A stretch of DNA of 55,915 nucleotides from the NCBI GenBank assembly GCA_046484625.1, contig JAWOIO010000043.1:1-55915 (forward strand), given 5' to 3'. Within the stretch, counting starts at the first letter, position 1, and the number at the start of each line of letters is the position of its first letter. Below the pieces are notes generated by a model. That model made no database searches and was not told where the DNA came from. It worked only from the letters and a program-made list of their open reading frames with translations. This document shows, in pieces, positions 9,279 through 16,534 of this stretch. This DNA is from Acidimicrobiia bacterium. GTDB lineage: Bacteria > Actinomycetota > Acidimicrobiia > IMCC26256 > PALSA-555. Position numbers and translations under genes: made by a program.

Positions 9279-10127
9279 GTGGAGCCAGAATCTGAGATGT
9301 TGCTCGCCGAGCTGAACGTCCGCCACACGCGTCGGCACATGCCGACCCGGCGCATCGCGTTGGGCGACGTCTACCTCCCCACGAGCGGCCCGGCGTACGG
9401 CGCGGTCCTGCTGGGCGCGGTGGTGTCGGAGTTCGCGCCGGATCTCGACGAAGAGCAGCGCGACTTCCTGCCCCGGCTGCTCGACGACGCCCGGAAGGGC
9501 CTCGCGGTCCCCCGCATCGCCCTGCGGTACCGGCTCCAGACCGACACGCACGGGCTCGATCGCTCCCGGCACCGCATCGTCGGTGAGTCCTTCACCCGGT
9601 CGGGTGCCGAGGTGGGGACGCACACCGATGCACGGGTCGTCCTCGAGATCGACCGGCACGGCCGCCCCGACCCGCAGGTCATCGGCGCGGTGCTCGCGGC
9701 CGCCGCACTCCCCCGCTCGGCCCGGGTCGTTGCCCTGCGCGCGGTCGAGGCGGCGCTCGTCCGGCCGCGCGTCCCGGAGGGCGTGACGATCCGCCGACTC
9801 CTCGACGGCCCCCCCGACCTCCGCCGCTCCCGACCCGGGATGGCCGGCGTCGGCGGCTCCGAGGGCGGACGGATCGACGACGCGTGGCGTGGGATCCCGG
9901 CCGACCGGCGTTGGGCCATGGAGGTCCTCGGCATCGCGGCGAACGGCACCGTCGACCGGGTCGACGTGCAGGCCCGCTTCCGCCGGCTGGCCCGACTTGC
10001 GCACCCGGATCACGGTGGCGCGCGCGACGGTGCGGCCGAACGGCTCGCCCAGCTCGGGGAGGCCAGGGCGATGCTCCTCGCCGACGACGGTCGGCGCGCG
10101 TCCGACGCCGCGGCCCGCACCGGCTGA
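9279..10127 (+). CDS. protein with C-terminal J domain (HPD motif) and an uncharacterised N-terminal region
   Basis: AMEVLGIAANGTVDRVDVQARFRRLARLAHPDHGG resembles J-domain helices I-III with the HPD loop. GC3 is high. The start could instead be ATG 9297. Confidence 0.7.
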   Translation: MEPESEMLLAELNVRHTRRHMPTRRIALGDVYLPTSGPAYGAVLLGAVVSEFAPDLDEEQRDFLPRLLDDARKGLAVPRIALRYRLQTDTHGLDRSRHRIVGESFTRSGAEVGTHTDARVVLEIDRHGRPDPQVIGAVLAAAALPRSARVVALRAVEAALVRPRVPEGVTIRRLLDGPPDLRRSRPGMAGVGGSEGGRIDDAWRGIPADRRWAMEVLGIAANGTVDRVDVQARFRRLARLAHPDHGGARDGAAERLAQLGEARAMLLADDGRRASDAAARTG

Positions 10128-10208
10128 CGGCACCGGCCTCGGGCTCCTCCAGTCGGGGGTCGGGGATCCGCGCCGCGCCGGGCTTCGGGTGCGCCGGGGT
10201 GCGCCCGG

Positions 10209-10214
10209 TAGCCT
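10209..10214 (+). promoter_or_regulatory. -10-like box (TAGCCT) for leaderless mdh
   Basis: TANNNT ends 6 nt before ATG 10221. It is preceded by a 10-bp tandem GGGTGCGCC(G/C) at 10187-10206. Confidence 0.45.
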
Positions 10215-10220
10215 CGCCGC

Positions 10221-11210
10221 ATGGCTCCTTCACCCGTCCACGTCACCGTCACGGGCGCCGCCGGCCAGATCGGGTACGCGCTCGTCCACCGCATCGCGAG
10301 CGGTCAGCTGCTCGGTCCCGACCAGCCGGTCGTCCTGCGTCTGCTCGAGATCGAGCCCGCGCTGCCGTCACTCGACGGTGTGGTCATGGAGCTCGAGGAC
10401 GGTGCCCACCCGCTCCTCGAGGGGGTGGTCGCCACCGCGGACCTGAAGGCCGCGTTCGACGGGACGTCCTGGTGCCTCCTCGTCGGCTCGGTGCCCCGCA
10501 AGGCCGGGATGGAGCGGGGCGATCTCCTCACCGTGAACGGTGGGATCTTCAAGCCGCAGGGCCAGGCGATCAACGCGCACGCCGCCGACGACGTGCGCGT
10601 GCTCGTGGTCGGGAACCCCTGCAACACGAACTGCTTCATCGCCCGTTCGAACGCGCCCGACGTCCCCGCCGATCGTTGGTTCGCGATGACCCGCCTCGAC
10701 GAGAACCGGGCCAAGACCCAACTCGCGATCAAGGCCGGGGTACCGGTGCGCGACGTCACGAACCTTGCGATCTGGGGCAACCACTCGGCGACGCAGTTCC
10801 CCGACTTCGCGAACGCCCGCATCGGCGGCAAGCTCGCGCCCGAGGTGATCGACGACGACGCGTGGCTCCAGGGCCCGTTCCTGGAGACGGTGCAGAAGCG
10901 GGGTGCCGCGGTCATCGAGAAGCGCGGCGCGTCGTCTGCGGCCTCGGCCGCGCACGCGGCGATCGACTCCGTCAACAGCATCTGGCGCCCGACGCCCGAC
11001 GGCGACTGGCACTCACTCGCCGTGGCCGGCAGCGGCGAGTACGGCGTGCCCGAGGGACTGCAGTTCGGGTACCCGGTGCGCAGCGACGGCTCGACCTGGT
11101 CGGTCGTCGAGGGCATCGAGCACGGCGAGTTCGCCCAGGAGCGGATCCGGATCACCACCGAGGAGCTGCTCGAGGAGCGGGCCGAGGTCACCGAGCTCGG
11201 ACTCGTCTGA
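10221..11210 (+). CDS. mdh: malate dehydrogenase
   Basis: 329 aa. [14 protein letters not shown]..., VVGNPCNTN and [12 protein letters not shown] are typical of cytosolic-type MDH. Confidence 0.95.
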   Translation: MAPSPVHVTVTGAAGQIGYALVHRIASGQLLGPDQPVVLRLLEIEPALPSLDGVVMELEDGAHPLLEGVVATADLKAAFDGTSWCLLVGSVPRKAGMERGDLLTVNGGIFKPQGQAINAHAADDVRVLVVGNPCNTNCFIARSNAPDVPADRWFAMTRLDENRAKTQLAIKAGVPVRDVTNLAIWGNHSATQFPDFANARIGGKLAPEVIDDDAWLQGPFLETVQKRGAAVIEKRGASSAASAAHAAIDSVNSIWRPTPDGDWHSLAVAGSGEYGVPEGLQFGYPVRSDGSTWSVVEGIEHGEFAQERIRITTEELLEERAEVTELGLV

Positions 11211-11218
11211 GCGACCCC

Positions 11219-11716
11219 ATGTTGCGCTGGTGGTCGCACCCCACACCGATCGGTGAGCTGGGGGTGACCGTCGGTGACCACGGCGTGTGCTCGATCTCCC
11301 TCCCCGGTGCCGATCCGGTCCCACCGGACGGTGCGATCGAGGAGCGGGTCGACGTACTCGCGCGTCAGCTCGACGAGCACTTCGAGGGGGTCCGCCGTGC
11401 GTTCGACGTGGAAGTCGACCTCTCGGGCGTGAGCACGGAGTTCCAGCGCGCGGTCCTCCTCGCGTTGCGCCGGGAGGTGCCGTGGGGAACGACCGTCACC
11501 TATCGCGAGCTGGCCGAGATCGCCGGTCGACCGAAGGCGGCGCGGGCGGTCGGCACCACGATGGCGTCGAACCCCGTGCCCCTGGTGGTGCCGTGCCACC
11601 GGGTGCTCGCCTCGTCCGGCAACGGGGGCGTGCGCCTGGGCGGCTATGGCGGGGCCGACGGGCGACCCGACCTCAAGCGCGCGCTGCTGGCGATCGAAGG
11701 TGTGACGATCGCCTGA
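11219..11716 (+). CDS. ogt: methylated-DNA-protein-cysteine methyltransferase
   Basis: ATG lies 8 nt after the mdh stop. It has the active-site PCHRV motif and a TYRELAEIAGRPKAARAVG helix-turn-helix. It is the tail of track ORF 9884..11716. Confidence 0.9.
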   Translation: MLRWWSHPTPIGELGVTVGDHGVCSISLPGADPVPPDGAIEERVDVLARQLDEHFEGVRRAFDVEVDLSGVSTEFQRAVLLALRREVPWGTTVTYRELAEIAGRPKAARAVGTTMASNPVPLVVPCHRVLASSGNGGVRLGGYGGADGRPDLKRALLAIEGVTIA

Positions 11717-11719
11717 CGA

Positions 11720-12502
11720 TCAGCCCTTGGCGGTGCCTTCCTTGGCCTCGCCGGCCGCTTCCTCGACGGGCGGCGGTGGCGTCGACAGGCCGAGCTCGGA
11801 GCGCAGCTCGCTGAGGCGGGCCTGGGCCTCGGCGCTGGCCTGGGCCTGCTCGACCTCGAGCATCTTCACGTCGACGGACGCGCCCGTGAGGTCGGTCGTC
11901 GCCTGCGCCTTCGAGAGCCGCTTCTCGATCTTGTCGCGCACCTGCTCGAACGTCGGCACGTCGTCGCCGACGGTCTCGCTGAGCTGCGTCATCGCCTTGT
12001 TCATCTGCTCCTGCATCTTCGCCTGGTCGAGCTGGCTCAGGAGCTTCTCGCGCTCGGCGAGCTTCTTCTGGAGGGCCGCCGAGTTCTGGGTGACGGCCTG
12101 CTTGGCCTTCTCCGCCGCCTGCGTCGAGTCGAGGAGGCTCTTCTTCATCTGATCGATCTGGGTCTCGAGGCTGATGAGCTTGTTCGCGAACGCCTCGGCG
12201 GCCTCGCCCATCGACTGCGCCTTCTCGGCATTCCCCGCGCGCGTCTCCTGGTCGGAGAGCAGCAGTGCCTGGCGCGCCGACGCGTTCGCCTTCTCGTATT
12301 CCTCGATCGCGCGGTCGAGCTTGAGCTGCGTCTGCTTCTGGTTCGCGATCACGTTCGCGGCCTGCTCGGTGAGCTTGCGGTGCTGATCCCGCGCCTCGGT
12401 GATCGCCTGCTCCAGCTGCACCTTCGGGTCCGCCGACTCCTCGAGCTTCAACCCGAGCTTCGCCCCCAGGTACCTCCACCACTTCTTGATCGCTTTGAAC
12501 AT
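11720..12502 (-). CDS. pspA: PspA/IM30 family membrane-stress protein
   Basis: 260 aa and all-helical. MFKAIKKWWRYLGAKL...PKVQLEQAITEARDQ... is a typical PspA N-terminus and coiled coil. Confidence 0.92.
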   Translation of the reverse strand: MFKAIKKWWRYLGAKLGLKLEESADPKVQLEQAITEARDQHRKLTEQAANVIANQKQTQLKLDRAIEEYEKANASARQALLLSDQETRAGNAEKAQSMGEAAEAFANKLISLETQIDQMKKSLLDSTQAAEKAKQAVTQNSAALQKKLAEREKLLSQLDQAKMQEQMNKAMTQLSETVGDDVPTFEQVRDKIEKRLSKAQATTDLTGASVDVKMLEVEQAQASAEAQARLSELRSELGLSTPPPPVEEAAGEAKEGTAKG

Positions 12503-12508
12503 GCCCGT

Positions 12509-12514
12509 ACCCTA
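12509..12514 (-). promoter_or_regulatory. -10-like box (TAGGGT) for leaderless pspA
   Basis: TANNNT on the minus strand ends 6 nt before ATG 12502. No Shine-Dalgarno lies adjacent. Confidence 0.4.
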
Positions 12515-12708
12515 CCCAAGGGGTCTGGTCGAATACGAGGGCGGGACGGCCGCGGATCGCCACGAACACGCCCGACCTCCCGCTTCCTCCAAGGGCGGCA
12601 TCGAAGGAGCGGGCCCGACCCCGAGCATCGCCATGGCGACGCCCGAAGTGGTCCAGGTGGCCCCCGGTCCGCCGAAGAGCGACTGGGGTGCGCGGAGTCG
12701 ATGAGGTG

Positions 12709-12795
12709 GGCCGGGGGCCACCCCCACCCGTGATCGCGGCCGGGGGCCACCCCCACCCGTGATCGCGGCCGGGGGCCACGCACACCCGCAACGAG
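12709..12795. repeat. 29-bp tandem repeat, 2 perfect copies + 1 diverged
   Basis: GGCCGGGGGCCACCCCCACCCGTGATCGC occurs at 12709-12737 and 12738-12766. A third, diverged copy spans 12767-12795. The array abuts the stop of 12800..13561 and lies about 200 nt upstream of pspA. Confidence 0.85.
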
Positions 12796-12799
12796 GTGA

Positions 12800-13561
12800 T
12801 CAGCCGGAGGCGGTCGCCGCCGTCCCGCCCGCCTCTTCTAGGCCGACCCGCAGGCTCTCCATCTCCCCGACGAGCGCCTCGACGTCCCCGCCGAGCCCGC
12901 CGAGCTGGGCCACGTCCTCGGCCTGGATCGACAGCTCGACGGCGCGGGCCACCGCCTCGTCGAGGCGTGCGTCGAGGAGGCGGAGCCGGTCCTTGGCGTC
13001 GGTCGCGACCGCGGTCAGTCGGTCGGCCGAGTCGACCTGCGACTGGAGCGCAGCGACGGTGGCGTCAGCGGACGGGCCGGGGCTCGCGTTCGCGGCCTGC
13101 TGTGCCGCCTCGAGCTCGCGCCGGGCCGAGGGCGAGTCGAGGTTGGCGATGGCATCGACGAGCGCGTCGCCGCGCCGGGCGACGCGCCACACCTCGCCGA
13201 CACCGGCGTCGATGCGTTCGCCGATCTCGACGAGCCGATCGCGCAGCGGACCTGAGTTCGCGGAGGCGACGGCCTTGCGGTACCGGCGCTGGGCGTCGAG
13301 GGCCTCGCGCACGAACGCCCGCCACGGGTCCGAGATGCTCATCGGGTCGATCCGGCCCCCGCGGGCGCCACGGGGGAGCAGGCTCACGACACGGGCGAGC
13401 CCGACGAGCGCCCCGACCCCGAGCGCGACGAGGATCGGGAGTCCACCGAGGATCGCAGCAGCCGCTCCACCACCGGCGAGGAGGATCGCCGACGGCGCCA
13501 TGACGGCGTCGGCGGTCTGTCGGTTCTTCCACCGCTCGGGCAGCCCCTCGATCACACCCAC
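12800..13561 (-). CDS. 2-TM membrane protein with long cytoplasmic coiled-coil, PspA-associated by position
   Basis: Hydrophobic hairpin (APSAILLAGGGAAAAILGGLPILVALGVGALVGLA) followed by Ala/Arg/Asp-rich helices. I prefer GTG 13561 because GGGAG lies 6 nt upstream. The track start at 13612 falls inside the palindromic element. ATG 13501 is also possible. Confidence 0.7.
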   Translation of the reverse strand: MGVIEGLPERWKNRQTADAVMAPSAILLAGGGAAAAILGGLPILVALGVGALVGLARVVSLLPRGARGGRIDPMSISDPWRAFVREALDAQRRYRKAVASANSGPLRDRLVEIGERIDAGVGEVWRVARRGDALVDAIANLDSPSARRELEAAQQAANASPGPSADATVAALQSQVDSADRLTAVATDAKDRLRLLDARLDEAVARAVELSIQAEDVAQLGGLGGDVEALVGEMESLRVGLEEAGGTAATASG

Positions 13562-13576
13562 CGAACGCTCCCGCTC

Positions 13577-13631
13577 GGGCTTCTCGGCACGTTCAGTGTT
13601 GCCCTGCAACAACCAGCGTGCCGAGAACGGG
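13577..13631 (-). repeat. conserved palindromic intergenic element, copy 1 (consensus orientation on minus strand)
   Basis: GGGCTTCTCGGCACG-TTCAGT-GTTGC-CCT-GCAAC-AACCAG-CGTGCCGAGAACGGG. It begins about 20 nt after the stop of 13650..15461. Confidence 0.85.
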
Positions 13632-13649
13632 AGAGGTGGGTGGGATCCA

Positions 13650-15461
13650 CTAGAAGTTGCTCACCACCGCGTTGAACACGTTCACGATGGTGGCGGGGTC
13701 GACGGCGCTGTACGCAGCGGCGTTCGTGGCCTCGGCGATGCGCTTGAGGGTCGACTCGTCGGCGTCGCTGCCATACGCGATCGTGAAGATCCGCACGGGG
13801 CTCGTGGACTCGCCCTCGGTCGTGGTGCGCAGCGCCGAGAGCAACCCGGCGAGGTCCTCGTTCCGCGGGTCCTCGTTGCGTCCGTCGGTGAGGAGCACCA
13901 CCGCGTTGATGCGGGTCGGGTCGTAACCCTCCCGCATGAACGTGTAGGAGTCCTCGGCCGCCGTGTACAGCGGCGTCCCCTGCGTCGGCTTGAGGCGTTC
14001 GATCTCACTCTCGAGGTCGGGCCTGTTCGCGGAGATCGGCCCGATCGGGACGATGTCGCGGTAGTCGGTGGGCTCACGTTCACTGATCTCGGTGGAGAAG
14101 ATCCGCAGGCCTACCTCGTCCTCGGGTTGGAACTGGTCGAGCGCGGCGATCGCGGCCCGCTTCGCGAGGTCGAGCTTCGTGGCGCCGGTCCTCGGGTCGG
14201 CCTCGTCGCCCATCGACCCCGACACGTCGACCACGAGGAGCACCCGCGCCTTCTTGCGCACCTGGTTCCACTGGTCGATCACACCGGCGAGGACTGCCGG
14301 CTTGGGCACCTCGAGCGTCGTCTGGGGCTGGGAGGGGTCGAGGCCGTTCGCCGCGGTGATCGGCTTGCCGATCGACACCGCGGGGTTGCCCGGTCGGAAG
14401 CCGAACTCGAGCACCCTTCGCTGGTTCTTCTGGCTGGTCACGAACTCGGTGAACGCCCGGGCCGCGGTGGCCTCGGCGTTCGACACCCACGGCGCGTCGA
14501 GGACGATGAGTGGGTTGTCGCTGAAGAGCGTCCCCTCCTTCGGGTAGATCGCGACGAGCGGGACGCGCGGCTTGCGGGGCTGCTCGCCCGGGTCGAGGAT
14601 GCCGTCGGGGTTGCCGCGGTTGTAGTCGACGACCGACTTCTCCTCGACGGCGACGGCGGACGCGTACCCGTAGGGGTCGCCGCGGCGGTCGGCGCGGTAG
14701 AGGTTGTTGAGGAACGTGAGGGTCGTGTCGCCGTAGTGCACGACGGCCGACTCGACACCCCGCGCGAAGGCGTCGACCTCGGGTCGGGCGAGGTCCTCGA
14801 GCGTGAGGTCCGATGTCTTGCCCGTGGCCGCGTAGTACTGCGCGACCGTCTGTGCGAGCCCGCTGGTCGAGAAGTTGGGGTTGGTCTTCCCGAGGCGGAA
14901 CGGGCCCCACTCGGGGTGACCCTTCCCGGCCCATCCGGCTGGGTCCTGGGAGAGGGCGAGGATGTCCGAGAAGCCGATCGGCGTGGCCGGGTAGCCGAGT
15001 GCGTCGGCCATGGGCTGGGGCATCGCGATCACGAGCGGGGTGAGCATGAACGACGTGCCGGGGGTGGTGACGTACGCGTCCTTGCCGTCCTCGGCCCGAC
15101 GTTGGTCGAGCACCGCGCCCCAGGTGCTCGCCGCCGGTGACCAGATGACGGGCCGGGGCCCGTTCTTCGCCGGCTTCGGCCAGTCGGCCGCGAGCAGCGT
15201 CGCCGCCGCGCCCGACGACGCCTTCGTGACCCGCACGTCGACGCAGCGGTTGCCGACCTTGGCGGCGGAGGACCGACCGAAGCGCTTGGCGAGGTCGGTG
15301 AGCAGCTCGAGCTTCTCTGGTGACGACGCGATGTCGACCGTGACGCACGACTGCGCCGCCGCGGGCAGGGCTCCGGTGCCGAGGCCACCGAGCACGGTTC
15401 CCACGAGGAGGAGGCTCGCGGTCGCGCGACGGCCACGGCGTGAAGGGGCGCGCAGGCTCAT
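13650..15461 (-). CDS. secreted solute-binding-fold + von Willebrand factor A (vWA) domain protein
   Basis: 603 aa with signal peptide SRRGRRATASLLLVG...AAAQ. The N-terminal ~400 aa look periplasmic-binding-protein-like. The C-terminal vWA has an intact MIDAS (VVDVSGSM...GTPLY...LLTDGRNED). Confidence 0.9.
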   Translation of the reverse strand: MSLRAPSRRGRRATASLLLVGTVLGGLGTGALPAAAQSCVTVDIASSPEKLELLTDLAKRFGRSSAAKVGNRCVDVRVTKASSGAAATLLAADWPKPAKNGPRPVIWSPAASTWGAVLDQRRAEDGKDAYVTTPGTSFMLTPLVIAMPQPMADALGYPATPIGFSDILALSQDPAGWAGKGHPEWGPFRLGKTNPNFSTSGLAQTVAQYYAATGKTSDLTLEDLARPEVDAFARGVESAVVHYGDTTLTFLNNLYRADRRGDPYGYASAVAVEEKSVVDYNRGNPDGILDPGEQPRKPRVPLVAIYPKEGTLFSDNPLIVLDAPWVSNAEATAARAFTEFVTSQKNQRRVLEFGFRPGNPAVSIGKPITAANGLDPSQPQTTLEVPKPAVLAGVIDQWNQVRKKARVLLVVDVSGSMGDEADPRTGATKLDLAKRAAIAALDQFQPEDEVGLRIFSTEISEREPTDYRDIVPIGPISANRPDLESEIERLKPTQGTPLYTAAEDSYTFMREGYDPTRINAVVLLTDGRNEDPRNEDLAGLLSALRTTTEGESTSPVRIFTIAYGSDADESTLKRIAEATNAAAYSAVDPATIVNVFNAVVSNF

Positions 15462-16534
15462 CCGGTGATCTCCCGCCAGGTCTCGAGGAGTGCGACGAGC
15501 GAGCCGGCGTCGGGGAGGTTCGAGGTATCGGGAAGGTTCGGTGCAGAGGGGATTCCCCGGGCTCGGTCCTCACCGGCGACCCGCCACCCGGCGCGGGCGA
15601 GCGCGCCGCGCCCGTCGTCGCCGGTGACCGTCTCGCGGAGGGCGTCGGCACGGCGTGCGCCGGCCAACGGTGCGTACACGACGTCGAGGGTGGCCACAGG
15701 GGCAGGGTAGAGCAGGCGCACCTGGTCCCGACGGTCGCCGGCCGCCCGGGCGAGGAGGGGACCGGCCTCGGCCTCGTGGGTCCCGACCGCGTCGTAGGCC
15801 GCCGGACCGGCGGTGAGCATGCGCTCGAAGGGCGACGCGGCGGCCGTGAGCCCGCCGGGCACCGCCCGCTCGAGCCGCCCGAACCACTCGAGGAACGCGT
15901 CGTCGGCGTAGTCGTCGCGTGACGGGTCCGGGCGCCCCAGGAACTGCGTGGCGGCCTGCCCGATCACGGCGAGCCCGTCGCCGTGATCGGCCGGGTCGGC
16001 GTGCCCGGGCTTCACCGCGCCCCACCGCACGTCGCCACCGATCGAGTCCCACCGCGTCCCGGCGACGTCGCCGAGGCAGCGCCAGTCGACCTCGCCGCAC
16101 GACTGCGCGAGCACCGACGCCCGGTCGTCCCACACCGCGAGCACGAGGGGGGACCGGCCGATGGGATCGGTGGCCACGCCGACGGCGGGACGCAGCGCGG
16201 CGCGCTCGCGGGCGTCCCGCACGATCTGTGCGTCGCGCTCGAAGGTGAGCCACCCGTCGTAGCCGAGGCCGGCGAGGTCGGCGTCGGCGACCCCGCTGAG
16301 CGTCGCGACGGTGTCGCCCTCCGACGCGATCGTCACCCGGACGTCGGTCCGGGAGGCCAGGTCGTCGCAGGCGACTGCGAGCTCGCGGGCGCAGAGCAGG
16401 CGCAGGGGCGCGTCGGACGATGATCCCGTCCCGCCACTCCCATCGTCGTCGAGCACGGCTCGGATGCCGATGGCGGCCCCGACCAAGGCGACCGCGATGA
16501 CGAGCGCCGCGAACCGGCGCGCGGCGAGGGTCAT
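15458..16534 (-). CDS. membrane-anchored solute-binding-fold protein
   Basis: 358 aa with an N-terminal anchor (FAALVIAVALVGAAIGI). It has 4-nt overlaps with both neighbouring genes. Confidence 0.8.
   Translation of the reverse strand: MTLAARRFAALVIAVALVGAAIGIRAVLDDDGSGGTGSSSDAPLRLLCARELAVACDDLASRTDVRVTIASEGDTVATLSGVADADLAGLGYDGWLTFERDAQIVRDARERAALRPAVGVATDPIGRSPLVLAVWDDRASVLAQSCGEVDWRCLGDVAGTRWDSIGGDVRWGAVKPGHADPADHGDGLAVIGQAATQFLGRPDPSRDDYADDAFLEWFGRLERAVPGGLTAAASPFERMLTAGPAAYDAVGTHEAEAGPLLARAAGDRRDQVRLLYPAPVATLDVVYAPLAGARRADALRETVTGDDGRGALARAGWRVAGEDRARGIPSAPNLPDTSNLPDAGSLVALLETWREITG

Noticed and set aside
9126-10133. 335-aa minus-strand ORF opposite the J-domain gene.
   Set aside because: The plus-strand frame has the HPD J-domain motif and the stronger third-position GC bias. 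The minus-strand translation has no motif and is Arg/Pro/Gly-rich.
12512-12727. 71-aa minus-strand ORF in the spacer upstream of pspA, as a possible small regulator.
   Set aside because: Third-position GC is only moderate and composition is Pro/Gly/Ala-rich. Its stop overlaps the putative pspA -10 box, and part of it is the 29-bp repeat. It is more likely non-coding.
12709-12795. Possible CRISPR array, because the repeat unit is 29 bp.
   Set aside because: The units are directly adjacent with no spacers. There are only about 3 copies and no cas genes in the window.
13577-13631. A recurrent peptide ML(Q/C)xN..(E/Q)RAEKP heads several track ORFs (12800..13612, 26093..29311, 29298..29711, and inside 25757..27424). 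This suggested a conserved micro-ORF or leader peptide.
   Set aside because: The peptide is produced on both strands by the palindromic arm CGTGCCGAGAAGCC of the repeated element. Conservation is at the DNA or RNA structure level, and the downstream sequences are unrelated.
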